Source of the DNA: Candidatus Ratteibacteria bacterium
GTDB lineage: Bacteria > Ratteibacteria > UBA8468 > B48-G9 > DTJG01
NCBI GenBank assembly: GCA_049971295.1
Contig: JBMFLH010000013.1
Coordinates: forward strand, 1-31,083
Direction of reading: 5' to 3'
DNA length: 31,083 nt
Below, piece after piece: positions 16,996-26,677 of this stretch. Each line of letters begins with the position of its first letter. Positions within the stretch are counted from its first letter, which is position 1. The notes beneath the pieces were generated by a model. It saw only the letters and a program-made list of their open reading frames with translations, did not search any database and had not been told where the DNA came from. A program made the translations under genes and the position numbers.

Positions 16996-17487
16996 TCAGC
17001 GCAAGTACTCAGAAAGAATCAACATGTGGTCTTCTGGCCCGAGCAAATCAACCACCTTATTTAATTCATCAATTGGAAGAGGAAGATTGTTTTCTGCAAG
17101 TACATCGTCAGGCACATAGTAAGCAACTTCAGATACTTCAGGAAACCGAACAGGCGCATTTTTCCCAATAAAAACCCTTGACCCGAACAATATCAGCACT
17201 ATCGCAATCAGTCCAAAACCAACTCTAAGCCTTTTGATGAAAACAGACCTGCGGTGGCGTTGTTCTGCCTTCTCAATAACCTGTTGATACTTCATTGTCC
17301 AGAAATTTTCGTCGTGCTCTGGAATTTTCATGCCTCTAACGGTAAGCATAATCTCTGTCAGGATTTCAATTTCTTTTCTGCAGTCCTGACATTCCAAAAG
17401 ATGTTGTCGAATCTGGCTGATTTCTGGTTCACTGACATTACCAGTTACATAATCAACAAGTTCCTTTTTTATCTGTTTACAATTCAT
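16996..17487 (-). CDS. Anti-sigma factor with zf-HC2 (ZAS) domain and one TM helix
   Basis: MNC...HLLECQDC (HxxxCxxC), TM VGFGLIAIVLILFG. Overlaps the ECF sigma gene. Confidence 0.9.
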   Translation of the reverse strand: MNCKQIKKELVDYVTGNVSEPEISQIRQHLLECQDCRKEIEILTEIMLTVRGMKIPEHDENFWTMKYQQVIEKAEQRHRRSVFIKRLRVGFGLIAIVLILFGSRVFIGKNAPVRFPEVSEVAYYVPDDVLAENNLPLPIDELNKVVDLLGPEDHMLILSEYLR

Positions 17488-18007
17488 TTTTTTCCATCTC
17501 CTTCAAAATTGCCTTAATTTTTTCAACTGACTGAAAAAAGGTTGCCTTTGCTGTTCCCACCTTCACCTTCATAATTTTTGCAATTTCTTCGTAAGAGAGT
17601 TCTTCGTATATTCTCAAATTAAAAACTGTTCGTTGTCTCAAAGTAAGATGCTCAAGAGCTCTTTTAAGATTTTGCTTCCGCGTCTGCTCTATTTCGTCAA
17701 CATCCCGGTTACTGATGTTTTGAAAACTTTCCTGTCCTGCGTCAGGGTCAAAAAGTTCCTGCTCTGAAACAAATGTGATTTTTTTTCTCTTTCTGAAATA
17801 ATCATAGCATAAATTCGTCACAATTCTATACATCCATGTTTGAATGTGTGATTCATTTCTGAATTTCGATAGTCCATTATAAATCCGTATAAATGCTTCC
17901 TGAACAATGTCAAGAGCATCAGCATCATTTCTTACCAACCTATATGCTGTTCTGTATAGCATTGGTGCGTACCTTTTGTAAAGTTTTTCAAATTCTTTAT
18001 TGTCCAT
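17477..18007 (-). CDS. ECF-family RNA polymerase sigma factor
   Basis: DALDIVQEAF, TWMYRIVTNLCYDYFRK (region 2); LSYEEIAKIMKVKVGTAK (region 4). Confidence 0.95.
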   Translation of the reverse strand: MDNKEFEKLYKRYAPMLYRTAYRLVRNDADALDIVQEAFIRIYNGLSKFRNESHIQTWMYRIVTNLCYDYFRKRKKITFVSEQELFDPDAGQESFQNISNRDVDEIEQTRKQNLKRALEHLTLRQRTVFNLRIYEELSYEEIAKIMKVKVGTAKATFFQSVEKIKAILKEMEKNEL

Positions 18008-18051
18008 ATTTTAGACGAAATGCATCGCTTTTGTTTTAGTCAACATGACAC

Positions 18052-18080
18052 TTTACCGATTTTCAATATTATGATATACT
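18052..18080 (+). promoter_or_regulatory. Putative sigma70 promoter of rpsT
   Basis: TTTACC-N17-TATACT with TG extension, followed by AAGGAGG RBS. Confidence 0.65.
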
Positions 18081-18102
18081 ACAACGAAAAGGAGGAAATG
18101 TC

Positions 18103-18387
18103 ATGCCCGTAAAGAAAAAGAAACCCTCTGTACTTAAAAGACAGAGACAGGAACAAAAAAGAAGGATGAGAAACAAAGCCGTGCTGACAAAGTTGAAAAC
18201 ATTAATCAAGAAGGTGAAAAAACTGATTATTGATGGCAAAGAATATCAACCAACACTGAAAACAGCGATAAAGGAAATAGACAAAGCTGTTTCAAAGGGG
18301 ATTATACATAAAAATAATGCTGCCAGAAAAAAAAGCAGGTTGATGAAGACAGTGCTCAAACTAACTGCTGATATCAAGCAATCGTAG
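18103..18387 (+). CDS. rpsT: 30S ribosomal protein S20
   Basis: KR-RQ--KRR-RNK...IDKAVSKGIIHKNNAARKKSRL; strong RBS. Confidence 0.97.
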   Translation: MPVKKKKPSVLKRQRQEQKRRMRNKAVLTKLKTLIKKVKKLIIDGKEYQPTLKTAIKEIDKAVSKGIIHKNNAARKKSRLMKTVLKLTADIKQS

Positions 18388-19005
18388 CAGCAATATTTCC
18401 CAGCCAGGTTCATTTGGAATTCTTCCTGACTTCAATTTAAAGTCAATTTCCAAAAGATTTTGCAGCTTGCTGAGAAATGTTTGCTCATTGATTTCTTTTT
18501 GCATCACAAGGTTTTCAAGATGTTTCTCTATTACTCCAATCACGGTAGAAAACTCGTAGGGATGTGTTTTCAGAAACTTCGAAATTTCACAGATGTCTCT
18601 GGCTGTTAAATTTTTTTTCCAGGATTTCTGATAAATCTTCCTGAAAAGGTTTTCAGCATCTTGTACAGTTTCTATCTCGTAATCAACAGGTCTCACCTTG
18701 ATATTGAGCCCTTCAAAAATCACCAGCACATCATTAACAATTTTCTCAAGATGCGGGAATATATACTCGCCCCAGACCTTTTTTTCAATCAGTTCCATCT
18801 GGTGAACAATAACAATCCTATGTTCATTAAAAAGAGAACGTGCAACCAGTTCATTAACAAAATTTTCCGGATTGAATTCAGCGCCGTAGTACCTTTTTAT
18901 TTCCACATTCTCGTATTGCTCTGAATACTTTTGAATATACCAGTCAATTCTTTCTGTTGTTAATTCATGTGGCCCTGCGAGAAATTTCACATTATCTTTC
19001 TTCAT
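18361..19005 (-). CDS. holA: Putative DNA polymerase III delta subunit, unusually short (214 aa)
   Basis: N-terminal FLAG-E...SLF-EHRIVIV, C-terminal LLEIDFKLKSG...EILLLRL. Lies downstream of lptE and convergent with rpsT. Confidence 0.7.
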   Translation of the reverse strand: MKKDNVKFLAGPHELTTERIDWYIQKYSEQYENVEIKRYYGAEFNPENFVNELVARSLFNEHRIVIVHQMELIEKKVWGEYIFPHLEKIVNDVLVIFEGLNIKVRPVDYEIETVQDAENLFRKIYQKSWKKNLTARDICEISKFLKTHPYEFSTVIGVIEKHLENLVMQKEINEQTFLSKLQNLLEIDFKLKSGRIPNEPGWEILLLRLLDISS

Positions 19006-19468
19006 GGAGGTGAATGAGTTGTAAATAGATATCTTTTGAAACCTTTTTTGAAATGTCATCAAGAAGTTCGTCTGTTTTCAATTGCCTGGTAAGGTTAACC
19101 ACATAGGTCTGCTGAAATGTTTTTTCGATGATTTTTCCATCTTTTATGATCTCAAGAAGAATTTTAATTTTATAAGATGCCATAACAATCTGATCAGATT
19201 CAGCAATAAATTCAGGCTCTCTTGAAAATTGTTGAATTGTGCCTCCAAGGGTCATGTCCGCGCTATATTTTTTTGATACAGGGGTAAACCCCGGTGATTC
19301 TGCCAGGATCTTTTTCAAGTTCTTCACCATAAAAATTTCAATGCCTGGCTGCAATGTTCGATTTGAAAACACTTCTATATACACGCGGCTTTGCGCTGGA
19401 TTTATCAGATGGAAACCGCAACCAGTGAATAACAGCACCTCAAGGACCAAAAGGAGATTTTTTGGCAT
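18992..19468 (-). CDS. lptE: LPS assembly lipoprotein LptE
   Basis: Lipobox FTGC-GF, VYIEVFSNRT-QPGIE, ADMTLGGTI. Between bamD and holA. Confidence 0.8.
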   Translation of the reverse strand: MPKNLLLVLEVLLFTGCGFHLINPAQSRVYIEVFSNRTLQPGIEIFMVKNLKKILAESPGFTPVSKKYSADMTLGGTIQQFSREPEFIAESDQIVMASYKIKILLEIIKDGKIIEKTFQQTYVVNLTRQLKTDELLDDISKKVSKDIYLQLIHLHEER

Positions 19469-20351
19469 ACTCAGTTTCTGGATACAGTGTTTTTATCTTG
19501 TTGTAATAAATTTCCGCGCTTTTTTTCCTGCCATTTCTGCTGTAAATTTCTGCCACCTTAAAGAGCCTGCTGGCGATTTCATTTCTAAGTTGAGCTTTTG
19601 TATCCAGTAACTTCTGTTTGTAAGGGCTCGAAGGAAAGTCAGAAATAAACAGGTCTATCTGTTTTTCGACAGAGGAAAAAAGAGAAACATCTGTTGTTCC
19701 TTCTGGAATGCTTTTGATTTGATGAATCAACATTTCATATCTTGCTTTTTCTGCCCATTGGGTTGCAGGAAAATCTTTTATCACCTGCTGATATAGATTT
19801 ATTGCCTTTTCCATTTCACCGCTTTTTGCATATTTTGAAGCAAGTTGCAGGGCAACAGGAGGGGTTTCGGGATTAAAAGGGTCAGATTCTATGGTTCTGT
19901 TAATTGCCTCGTATTTTTTTGATGGGTCTTTGAATTTTTCCACCAATCTTAGCTGTTTTTTCTGAAGAATTTCAACTGAAATTTCTCTCTGCATCTTCAA
20001 GACATTTTCAATCTCTGCAAAATCAGGATATCTCTTCACAATTTCATCAAGTTTGTTGAAGGCAGCATCTTTATCTCCTGACTTTGAATAAATTTTTGCC
20101 ATTTCAAAAAGCGATTTTGGAGCATAGGGTGATAGCGGAAAATGTTTTACCAATTTATTGTATTCCCTGATAGCCGATTCATTGTTTCCTGATATCCTGA
20201 ACGATTCAGCATACTGCCATTGTTCTACATCAGTATCTTTTACAGCATACTTGGGATTTATCCATTTTCCTGTTTTTGGCGTCCATTCCCAGTATGCAAA
20301 AAGATTGGCGCAAAATACACTTATTACAGTTAAAAGAATAACGATTCTCAT
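19440..20351 (-). CDS. bamD: Outer membrane protein assembly factor BamD-like TPR protein
   Basis: Signal peptide and repeated TPR units (LVKHFPLS-YA, IVKRYPD, VIKDFPAT-WA, FISDFPSS, IKTLYPETEYA). Upstream of lptE. Confidence 0.75.
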   Translation of the reverse strand: MRIVILLTVISVFCANLFAYWEWTPKTGKWINPKYAVKDTDVEQWQYAESFRISGNNESAIREYNKLVKHFPLSPYAPKSLFEMAKIYSKSGDKDAAFNKLDEIVKRYPDFAEIENVLKMQREISVEILQKKQLRLVEKFKDPSKKYEAINRTIESDPFNPETPPVALQLASKYAKSGEMEKAINLYQQVIKDFPATQWAEKARYEMLIHQIKSIPEGTTDVSLFSSVEKQIDLFISDFPSSPYKQKLLDTKAQLRNEIASRLFKVAEIYSRNGRKKSAEIYYNKIKTLYPETEYAKKSPFGP

Positions 20352-20407
20352 TGTTTTCTTTCCAGGTCCATAATTATTTTCATTGAAAAACGCCTGTATG
20401 TCAAACC

Positions 20408-21451
20408 TTAAAATACAACTTCTCTTTTTTTCTGGGCAGAAATGTACATTGCTTCAAGTATTTTGATGACCTCCAGTGATTGTTCTGGTTTCACAAGAAC
20501 CTCTCTGTTTTCCCTGACGCATTCAAGAAAGTGTGCAAGTTCCCTGTGGTGAGAAGGTTCATTATCAGGAACAATTGGCGTAAGGTTTGAATCGCAATGT
20601 AGGCCTCTGATTTCTGAAAACATTTTCATTTCTGGCCAGATCATCCCTGCCTTTGTGCCATAAAGATGAGCAGACCAGTTAGATGGTAAATTTGAAAGGA
20701 AACTGCATGTTAACTGTAATGCCCTTGCATCCTTGAATAAAACAAAACCGGATGCAAAATCTTCAACTTCAAATTTCTTTGTATCCCACTGTCCCCAGGT
20801 GCCTGTGATATCATCGTTTTTTGCAAGTTTTGTAAATGTCACACCCTTGACTGAATGAACAATCGGACATCCCATAAACCAGTATGTGATGTCAAGAATG
20901 TGAACACCGATATCAAACATTGGACCACCACCTGAAAGTTCTTTTTTTATAAATGTGTCTCTTGGTGGAAGTTCCCGTCTTCTCACAGCATAACACTGCG
21001 CAAAATAAATCTCTCCAAAAATCCCCTGGTCGATCATTGCCTTTGTCATTTTTCCAGGTTGTGTGAACCGCTGATTTTGCGCAGCCATCAACTTTCTTTT
21101 GTTTTCTTTTGCTGCCTGAATCATTTTTTCAACGTGCTTGCTGCTGGTAGCAAGTGGCTTTTCGCAAATCACATGTTTACCATTTTTCAACGCTGCCATT
21201 GTGACCGGATAATGAAAGGTATTCGGAGTACATACATCAATGATGTCAATTTCTTCAATATCAATCAGTTTCTTATAATCCTTCACCGCAACAGGGATTT
21301 CGTATTTTTTGCTTACTTCATCAAGAAATTGCTGGGAAACATCTGAAATTCCATAAACCACGACATCCTGAATTTTCTTCCAGCCATCTATGTGATATCT
21401 ACCGATGCCACCAGCGCCAACAACACCAACAAGATACCTGCCATTTTTCAT
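20408..21451 (-). CDS. Gfo/Idh/MocA family oxidoreductase
   Basis: VGAGGIG, CTPN-FH, HVICEKP, GGGPMFDIGVH. Start placed at ATG 21451 after an AGGGGGG SD. Confidence 0.95.
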   Translation of the reverse strand: MKNGRYLVGVVGAGGIGRYHIDGWKKIQDVVVYGISDVSQQFLDEVSKKYEIPVAVKDYKKLIDIEEIDIIDVCTPNTFHYPVTMAALKNGKHVICEKPLATSSKHVEKMIQAAKENKRKLMAAQNQRFTQPGKMTKAMIDQGIFGEIYFAQCYAVRRRELPPRDTFIKKELSGGGPMFDIGVHILDITYWFMGCPIVHSVKGVTFTKLAKNDDITGTWGQWDTKKFEVEDFASGFVLFKDARALQLTCSFLSNLPSNWSAHLYGTKAGMIWPEMKMFSEIRGLHCDSNLTPIVPDNEPSHHRELAHFLECVRENREVLVKPEQSLEVIKILEAMYISAQKKREVVF

Positions 21452-21461
21452 TGTTTCCCCC

Positions 21462-23552
21462 CTATTCAAGGATAATTCTTGCGTCAACCATCACCACTCC
21501 GTTTCCTTTGCTTTTCACAATCAGCGGGTTAAGATCAAGTTCCTGGATTTCTGGAAAATCTTCACACAATTGAGAGACTTTCAGGATTGCATCAGCGATT
21601 GCTGGAATATCTGCTTCAGGAAGTTTTCTGAAACCTGTCAGAAGTTTATAACTTTTGATTTCTTTTATCATATCAAAGGCCTCTTCCATATCAACAGGTA
21701 CAATTCCAAATGTCACATCCTTCAAAACCTCGACAAAAATTCCTCCCAGGCCAAACATGATTAGATGTCCAAACTGAACATCCTTTTTTACTCCAATAAT
21801 AACTTCCTGTACTCCCCTGACCATTTCCTGAACCTCAACTCCCTCAATTTTTGCCGAATTAGAATATGCCCTGACAGAATTGATAATATCATTGAATGCC
21901 TTTTCCATCTCCATTGCGTTGTGAATGTTAATTCTCACCCCACCTGATTCTGTTTTGTGGAGAATGTCAGGACTTACAATCTTTGCCACGACAGGATATC
22001 CAATGTTTTCAGCGAATTCAACTGCTGATCTTGCATCTTTTGCAAGAGCCCTTTTTGGACCATTAATGCCGTATGCCTCAAAAATTTCTCGCGCCTGAAA
22101 ATCAGTGAGCGTCCTCATTCCTGTTTTTTTTACAGACTCCAGGATTTCTGCAGTTTTTTTTCTGTCAATGAGGAGTTTTTTTCTTTCTGCCTTCGGCCTT
22201 TTGAGAAAATTTCCATAATCGACCATTCCCCGAAGGGACCTGACTGCCCTTTCCGGGAATTCATAATTGGGAATCTTGCTCTGTCTTAAATAGTCAATTG
22301 CCATTTCAACTGCCACCCCACCCATAAAACTTGTGACAACTGTCTTTTTATATCTGTTGGCATTTTCCACCACCACCTGCGCTGTTTCAAGGGGACGGGT
22401 GATTGTCTGAGGTGTCATGATGACAATAATTCCATCAACAGCATCGTCCTTCATCACATTTTCAAGGGCAATCTTATAGCCCTGTTCTGTTGAATCTCCA
22501 AGGACATCAACTGGATTGTGAATGTTTGCTGCTGGGGGAAGATTTTCCTTCAAAACTCGCATGGTCTGTTCAGAAAGTGGTGCAACCGTGAGCATCTGTT
22601 TTTCAACAACATCAGTGGCAATAACAGCAGGTCCTCCTGCATTGGTAATGATTGCAACACGGTCTCCCTTCATCATGGGCTGATAGGCAAATGCAAGGGA
22701 AAGGTCAAATAATTCCTCCATGGTTGAAACCTGCAAAACGCCTGTTTTTTTAAATGCAGCCGCATATGCCTCTGCCATGCCTGCAAGGCTTCCTGTATGA
22801 GACGATGCTGCCTTTGACCCTGAACCAGTGAGCCCTGCCTTGATGGCAATCACAGGTTTTTTCGGAGTAATCTTTGAAACGCGGCTAATAAATTCCCTGC
22901 CATTTTTCACTCCTTCAACATAAAATAAAATGACCTTTGTTCGTTCGTCAGCAGCGCATGCCTCAATCAACTCACTATCAGAAACATCTGCCATATTTCC
23001 CATACTGATAATTCTTGAAAAACCTATCTTCTGTTTTCTTGACCAGTCCAGAACAGCGCTGATGAGAGCGCCTGATTGTGAGATGAACGCGATACTACCC
23101 CTGCCAGGCATCACAGGAGCAAAAGAAACATTCAGATCAGAGTAAGTATCTATAATTCCCAGGCAATTTGGTCCAACAATTCGGCAACCATATTTTTCTC
23201 CTGTTTCGACAAGATTCTTTTCCCTTTCTTTTCCTTCTGGGCCACTTTCCTTGAATCCTGCGCTGATAACAATTGCTGCTTTTGTTCCCTTTTTTCCGCA
23301 TTCCTCAATCACACTGCACACGATCTTTGCAGGCACAACAATCACTGCCAGGTCTGGAACATCAGGAATACTCGCGATGTCAGGATAACACTTCAAACCT
23401 GATATTTCAGTTGCCTTTGGATTCACCGGATAAATCCTGCCTGGAAATTTGCCTGAAATAATATTGCTGAGAATTTGGGAACCAAGCTTGTCTGGTTCCC
23501 TCGAGGCACCGATCACAGCCACAGATTTTGGAGAAAAAAATTGTTCAAGCAT
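21462..23552 (-). CDS. Acetate--CoA ligase (ADP-forming), fused alpha/beta
   Basis: PKSVAVIGAS, GPNCLG, SQSGA, SHTGSLAG (phospho-His), TNAGG, NPVDVLGD, HKTESGGV, ELDLNP. No GNAT domain. Confidence 0.93.
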   Translation of the reverse strand: MLEQFFSPKSVAVIGASREPDKLGSQILSNIISGKFPGRIYPVNPKATEISGLKCYPDIASIPDVPDLAVIVVPAKIVCSVIEECGKKGTKAAIVISAGFKESGPEGKEREKNLVETGEKYGCRIVGPNCLGIIDTYSDLNVSFAPVMPGRGSIAFISQSGALISAVLDWSRKQKIGFSRIISMGNMADVSDSELIEACAADERTKVILFYVEGVKNGREFISRVSKITPKKPVIAIKAGLTGSGSKAASSHTGSLAGMAEAYAAAFKKTGVLQVSTMEELFDLSLAFAYQPMMKGDRVAIITNAGGPAVIATDVVEKQMLTVAPLSEQTMRVLKENLPPAANIHNPVDVLGDSTEQGYKIALENVMKDDAVDGIIVIMTPQTITRPLETAQVVVENANRYKKTVVTSFMGGVAVEMAIDYLRQSKIPNYEFPERAVRSLRGMVDYGNFLKRPKAERKKLLIDRKKTAEILESVKKTGMRTLTDFQAREIFEAYGINGPKRALAKDARSAVEFAENIGYPVVAKIVSPDILHKTESGGVRINIHNAMEMEKAFNDIINSVRAYSNSAKIEGVEVQEMVRGVQEVIIGVKKDVQFGHLIMFGLGGIFVEVLKDVTFGIVPVDMEEAFDMIKEIKSYKLLTGFRKLPEADIPAIADAILKVSQLCEDFPEIQELDLNPLIVKSKGNGVVMVDARIILE

Positions 23553-23625
23553 CATGCCCTCCACATGGAAAATTGAAAAAAGTTTGTTTTATTTTATCAC
23601 TTCCTAAAAATAAGACAAACCTCAA

Positions 23626-25653
23626 TTATGGCTTCTGGCTCTTTCTCAAACCAATCTTTTCAGTGGGTATTGGTTCAAAACCAATTTTGAAGGCAGGTGA
23701 ATTTTCTCTGAATTTTAAATATGGTGGGATAGTGTTTTCAAACACACCCTCTACCTCTACGAGATTATCAATCAATTCTGGATTTCCTCTTTGAATAAAT
23801 GCTCCACATCTAAATACGATATTCTTCTTAAGAACATTTGGACGCGTATCCTCAAGAATGTTGACAAGCCAGGGGTATTTTGTTGAATACGGCAGTTTTC
23901 TCACATCTATTTTTTTCCCAAACAACCTTTCGTTGTACGGAGGTTCTGTCCAGAATTTTTTCCATTGCTGCTGATTCCATGGAGATTCATTATATGCCTG
24001 TTGGCATTCAATGAAAATATTGTTTTCTATTATGTTATAACGGCCGCCATGGATAAACACAGCTCCAAAATTTGATTTGCCGGGAATACATGCCTTATAA
24101 AAAATATTACCGTAAACCATATTCCCACAATGGCCATCATCAAGATAAACAGATGACACCCCATGACCTTCAATGCCACCGATATTGTGAAAGTAATTGT
24201 ATCTGATGATATTACCTTGCATTGATGGGTCTCTTCCACTGTAAATGGCTCCAGCATCATTTGTTTCAAGGACAACATTATATATTTCGTTATATTCAAT
24301 GACATTTTCATTTCCTGACCATCCTATTGCCAGATGCGGCGCATCATGTATCAGATTATTTGCGACACGATTTCCAACACCATTAATTTTTATCGCAGGT
24401 CTATAAGTTTTTATCCACAATGAATAACCATGAATGTGATTATTGACAATTTCATTATTTCCAGGAGTCAGAGTTTTTCTTTCTCCACCTTCAAGCAATA
24501 TTCCACCTTCTCCGATATTGTAAATTTCACAATTTTCAATTCTTGTCTCTTTCACGTCATGGGCTTTTATTGCCCAGCTACCAAGATTTCTGAATATGCA
24601 TTGGTCCACAACAATATTTTCTCCTCCAGAAATGACAACTGCTTCCTTTTTTGAATCTTCAAAAACAATGTTTTCTATTCTGATATTTGACGCTCTGCTA
24701 ATTTCAAAAAATGGCTGAGCATTCATAGCAATAGTGGTATGCGCTTTTGTAATGTCTGATGGCGGGTAAAAATAAATGTCTCCTGAATCAACATCAAGAT
24801 ACCATTCTCCAGGAGAATCTAATTCAGCCAGACAATTATAAATAAAAAACATAGCGTCTTTTTTATAGCCATAGGAATGTGCATCTGGATTTTTTAATGA
24901 AACAATACCTGAGTCAACATTCACTGACTCAATTTCCATGTGTTGCGCAGCCCACTGGTAACACCAGAATCCGTACGCTTTGAGATGTTTTTCGTTTTCC
25001 CATTTTTCAAGTTGCTGTTTTGTGGCACCAACATGAAATTTTCCTTTGCCCGCAATATCACCTATCAAGGTATAACCCTTATCAGGCCAGCGGGCAATTG
25101 TCATTGGCTTTCCATTGAAGTATAGTTGAATCTGTGAACCCTCAGGAACAAACCAGGATGGTTGGAAGAAGTTTCCATAATCTGTAATACCCAATTTTTT
25201 CAAATTTGCTTTCACAATGAATTGTCTCGCTTTTTCATTAAACTTTTTCATATCATCATCCGTGCACTTTTCCCAGTTTTTAATTTCCACTCCACCAGTA
25301 AAAATTACGTTTTTTGACCTGCCTTTGATAACAACAGGTCCAGCAGGTTTTCCTGAATGTTCAGAACCAATTTTTATTGGGCTATTAATCACAAAATAGG
25401 TGCCTTCACCAATTTCAATTGTGATACCCTTGTCAGGAAAAGTTTTTTTCTTTTTCAAATTTTCTACTTCTGATAGCGCTCTTTCAATGGTCAAAAATGG
25501 TCCATCCTGCAGATTTTTTTTCGGCTGTAAAAATCTTCCTGACCAGTGGTCACTGCCATTTTGTGAAACATACAACACCATGGCATCTCCTTTTGAAAAT
25601 GTCTGTCGTGAAATTGCAAACAATATCAGTAAGAAAATTTTTAAAAATCCCAT
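23626..25653 (-). CDS. Secreted right-handed parallel beta-helix protein (GH141-like, probable carbohydrate-active enzyme)
   Basis: Signal peptide, LYVSQNGSD-WSG, DGPF-T, ARWPD, ELDSPGEWY, NDAGAIY, YLDD, repeated N-I-NN-I beta-helix units. Confidence 0.88.
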   Translation of the reverse strand: MGFLKIFLLILFAISRQTFSKGDAMVLYVSQNGSDHWSGRFLQPKKNLQDGPFLTIERALSEVENLKKKKTFPDKGITIEIGEGTYFVINSPIKIGSEHSGKPAGPVVIKGRSKNVIFTGGVEIKNWEKCTDDDMKKFNEKARQFIVKANLKKLGITDYGNFFQPSWFVPEGSQIQLYFNGKPMTIARWPDKGYTLIGDIAGKGKFHVGATKQQLEKWENEKHLKAYGFWCYQWAAQHMEIESVNVDSGIVSLKNPDAHSYGYKKDAMFFIYNCLAELDSPGEWYLDVDSGDIYFYPPSDITKAHTTIAMNAQPFFEISRASNIRIENIVFEDSKKEAVVISGGENIVVDQCIFRNLGSWAIKAHDVKETRIENCEIYNIGEGGILLEGGERKTLTPGNNEIVNNHIHGYSLWIKTYRPAIKINGVGNRVANNLIHDAPHLAIGWSGNENVIEYNEIYNVVLETNDAGAIYSGRDPSMQGNIIRYNYFHNIGGIEGHGVSSVYLDDGHCGNMVYGNIFYKACIPGKSNFGAVFIHGGRYNIIENNIFIECQQAYNESPWNQQQWKKFWTEPPYNERLFGKKIDVRKLPYSTKYPWLVNILEDTRPNVLKKNIVFRCGAFIQRGNPELIDNLVEVEGVFENTIPPYLKFRENSPAFKIGFEPIPTEKIGLRKSQKP

Positions 25654-25768
25654 ATTGGTGGTATTTTACCACAATTATATCTGATGCAAGATGTGGACTT
25701 TGTTCAGCAAGATGGTCAGATTGTCTTTTCAAAGACGATTGAAGAAAACAATGAAAACATTTATATCT

Positions 25769-26194
25769 TCAAGTGGTAGTGTAGAAATTTTTCTCATTCT
25801 TAAAGGGACTGACTGATTCTTTTACAAGACTTTCTCCTCGAAATTTTTTGAGAATTTCATTCAAGCCATGGTAAAGGTCAAACTTGTCCAGTATCCAGTC
25901 AACATGGTTCTTGATAGAAATGATACATTCATCGCATAGATCAGAGCTCATCACAATGATTTTCAAGTAAGGAAATCTATTTCGTAGCATCTGGACTAAT
26001 GCATGCCCACCCATCACAGGCATACGAAGGTCTGTGATTATAAGAAAAATTTTGGCATCATTTTCTACGATGTTGAGCGCCTCGCGAGCGTCCGTAGTAA
26101 TAATCGAATCAAAACCACATTTTCTTGCGATCAGAGCCACGAGATTACATACTGCCTCATCGTCATCAACAATAAGAATTTTCCCTGTTTCCAT
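25769..26194 (-). CDS. Single-domain response regulator (receiver only)
   Basis: ILIVDDD, ITDLRMPVMGG (phospho-Asp), IVMSS, conserved Lys in LDK. Confidence 0.9.
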   Translation of the reverse strand: METGKILIVDDDEAVCNLVALIARKCGFDSIITTDAREALNIVENDAKIFLIITDLRMPVMGGHALVQMLRNRFPYLKIIVMSSDLCDECIISIKNHVDWILDKFDLYHGLNEILKKFRGESLVKESVSPFKNEKNFYTTT

Positions 26195-26215
26195 ATCAGT
26201 GCCCTTTATGGTGTT

Positions 26216-26243
26216 ATTTTAGCCATTTCTTTCTATAAGTCAA
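26216..26243 (-). promoter_or_regulatory. Putative sigma70 promoter of the receiver gene
   Basis: TTGACT-N16-TAAAAT on the minus strand. Confidence 0.5.
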
Positions 26244-26284
26244 ATTTTTAACTTTACCTATGGTTTATTAACTAATTCTGATAT

Positions 26285-26644
26285 ATGAAGGATAATAAAA
26301 ACATGAAAAAAAATATTTATGAAGTGATAGGTTATTCCATTCGCAAAATACGCAAAGCCATGGGGATGACACAGGAGGAACTATCGTCAAAGACAGGTAT
26401 CAGCCCCAGTTTTCTCAGCCATATTGAAAGAGGTACAAAGAAAGCAAGTATTGAGACCATTTATAAAATTGCAAATGGCCTTCAGGTACCCATTGAAAAA
26501 CTTTTTACAGAAATTCCTGTACCGGTTGACAGGTATAAAGATGATACTTTTGTAAAAAGAATAGGAACCCTTGTGAAGGATAAGGATGAAGAATACAAAA
26601 AAATTCTTTTGAAACTCGCCAGGATACTTAGTTCAAAGAAGTAA
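26285..26644 (+). CDS. XRE/Cro-CI family HTH transcriptional regulator
   Basis: IRKIRKAMGMTQEELS...SFLSHIERG...SIETIYKIANGL. Start may be ATG 26303. Confidence 0.93.
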   Translation: MKDNKNMKKNIYEVIGYSIRKIRKAMGMTQEELSSKTGISPSFLSHIERGTKKASIETIYKIANGLQVPIEKLFTEIPVPVDRYKDDTFVKRIGTLVKDKDEEYKKILLKLARILSSKK

Positions 26645-26677
26645 TTTCAAAATCTACCTCAATCTGATGAAATAGAA

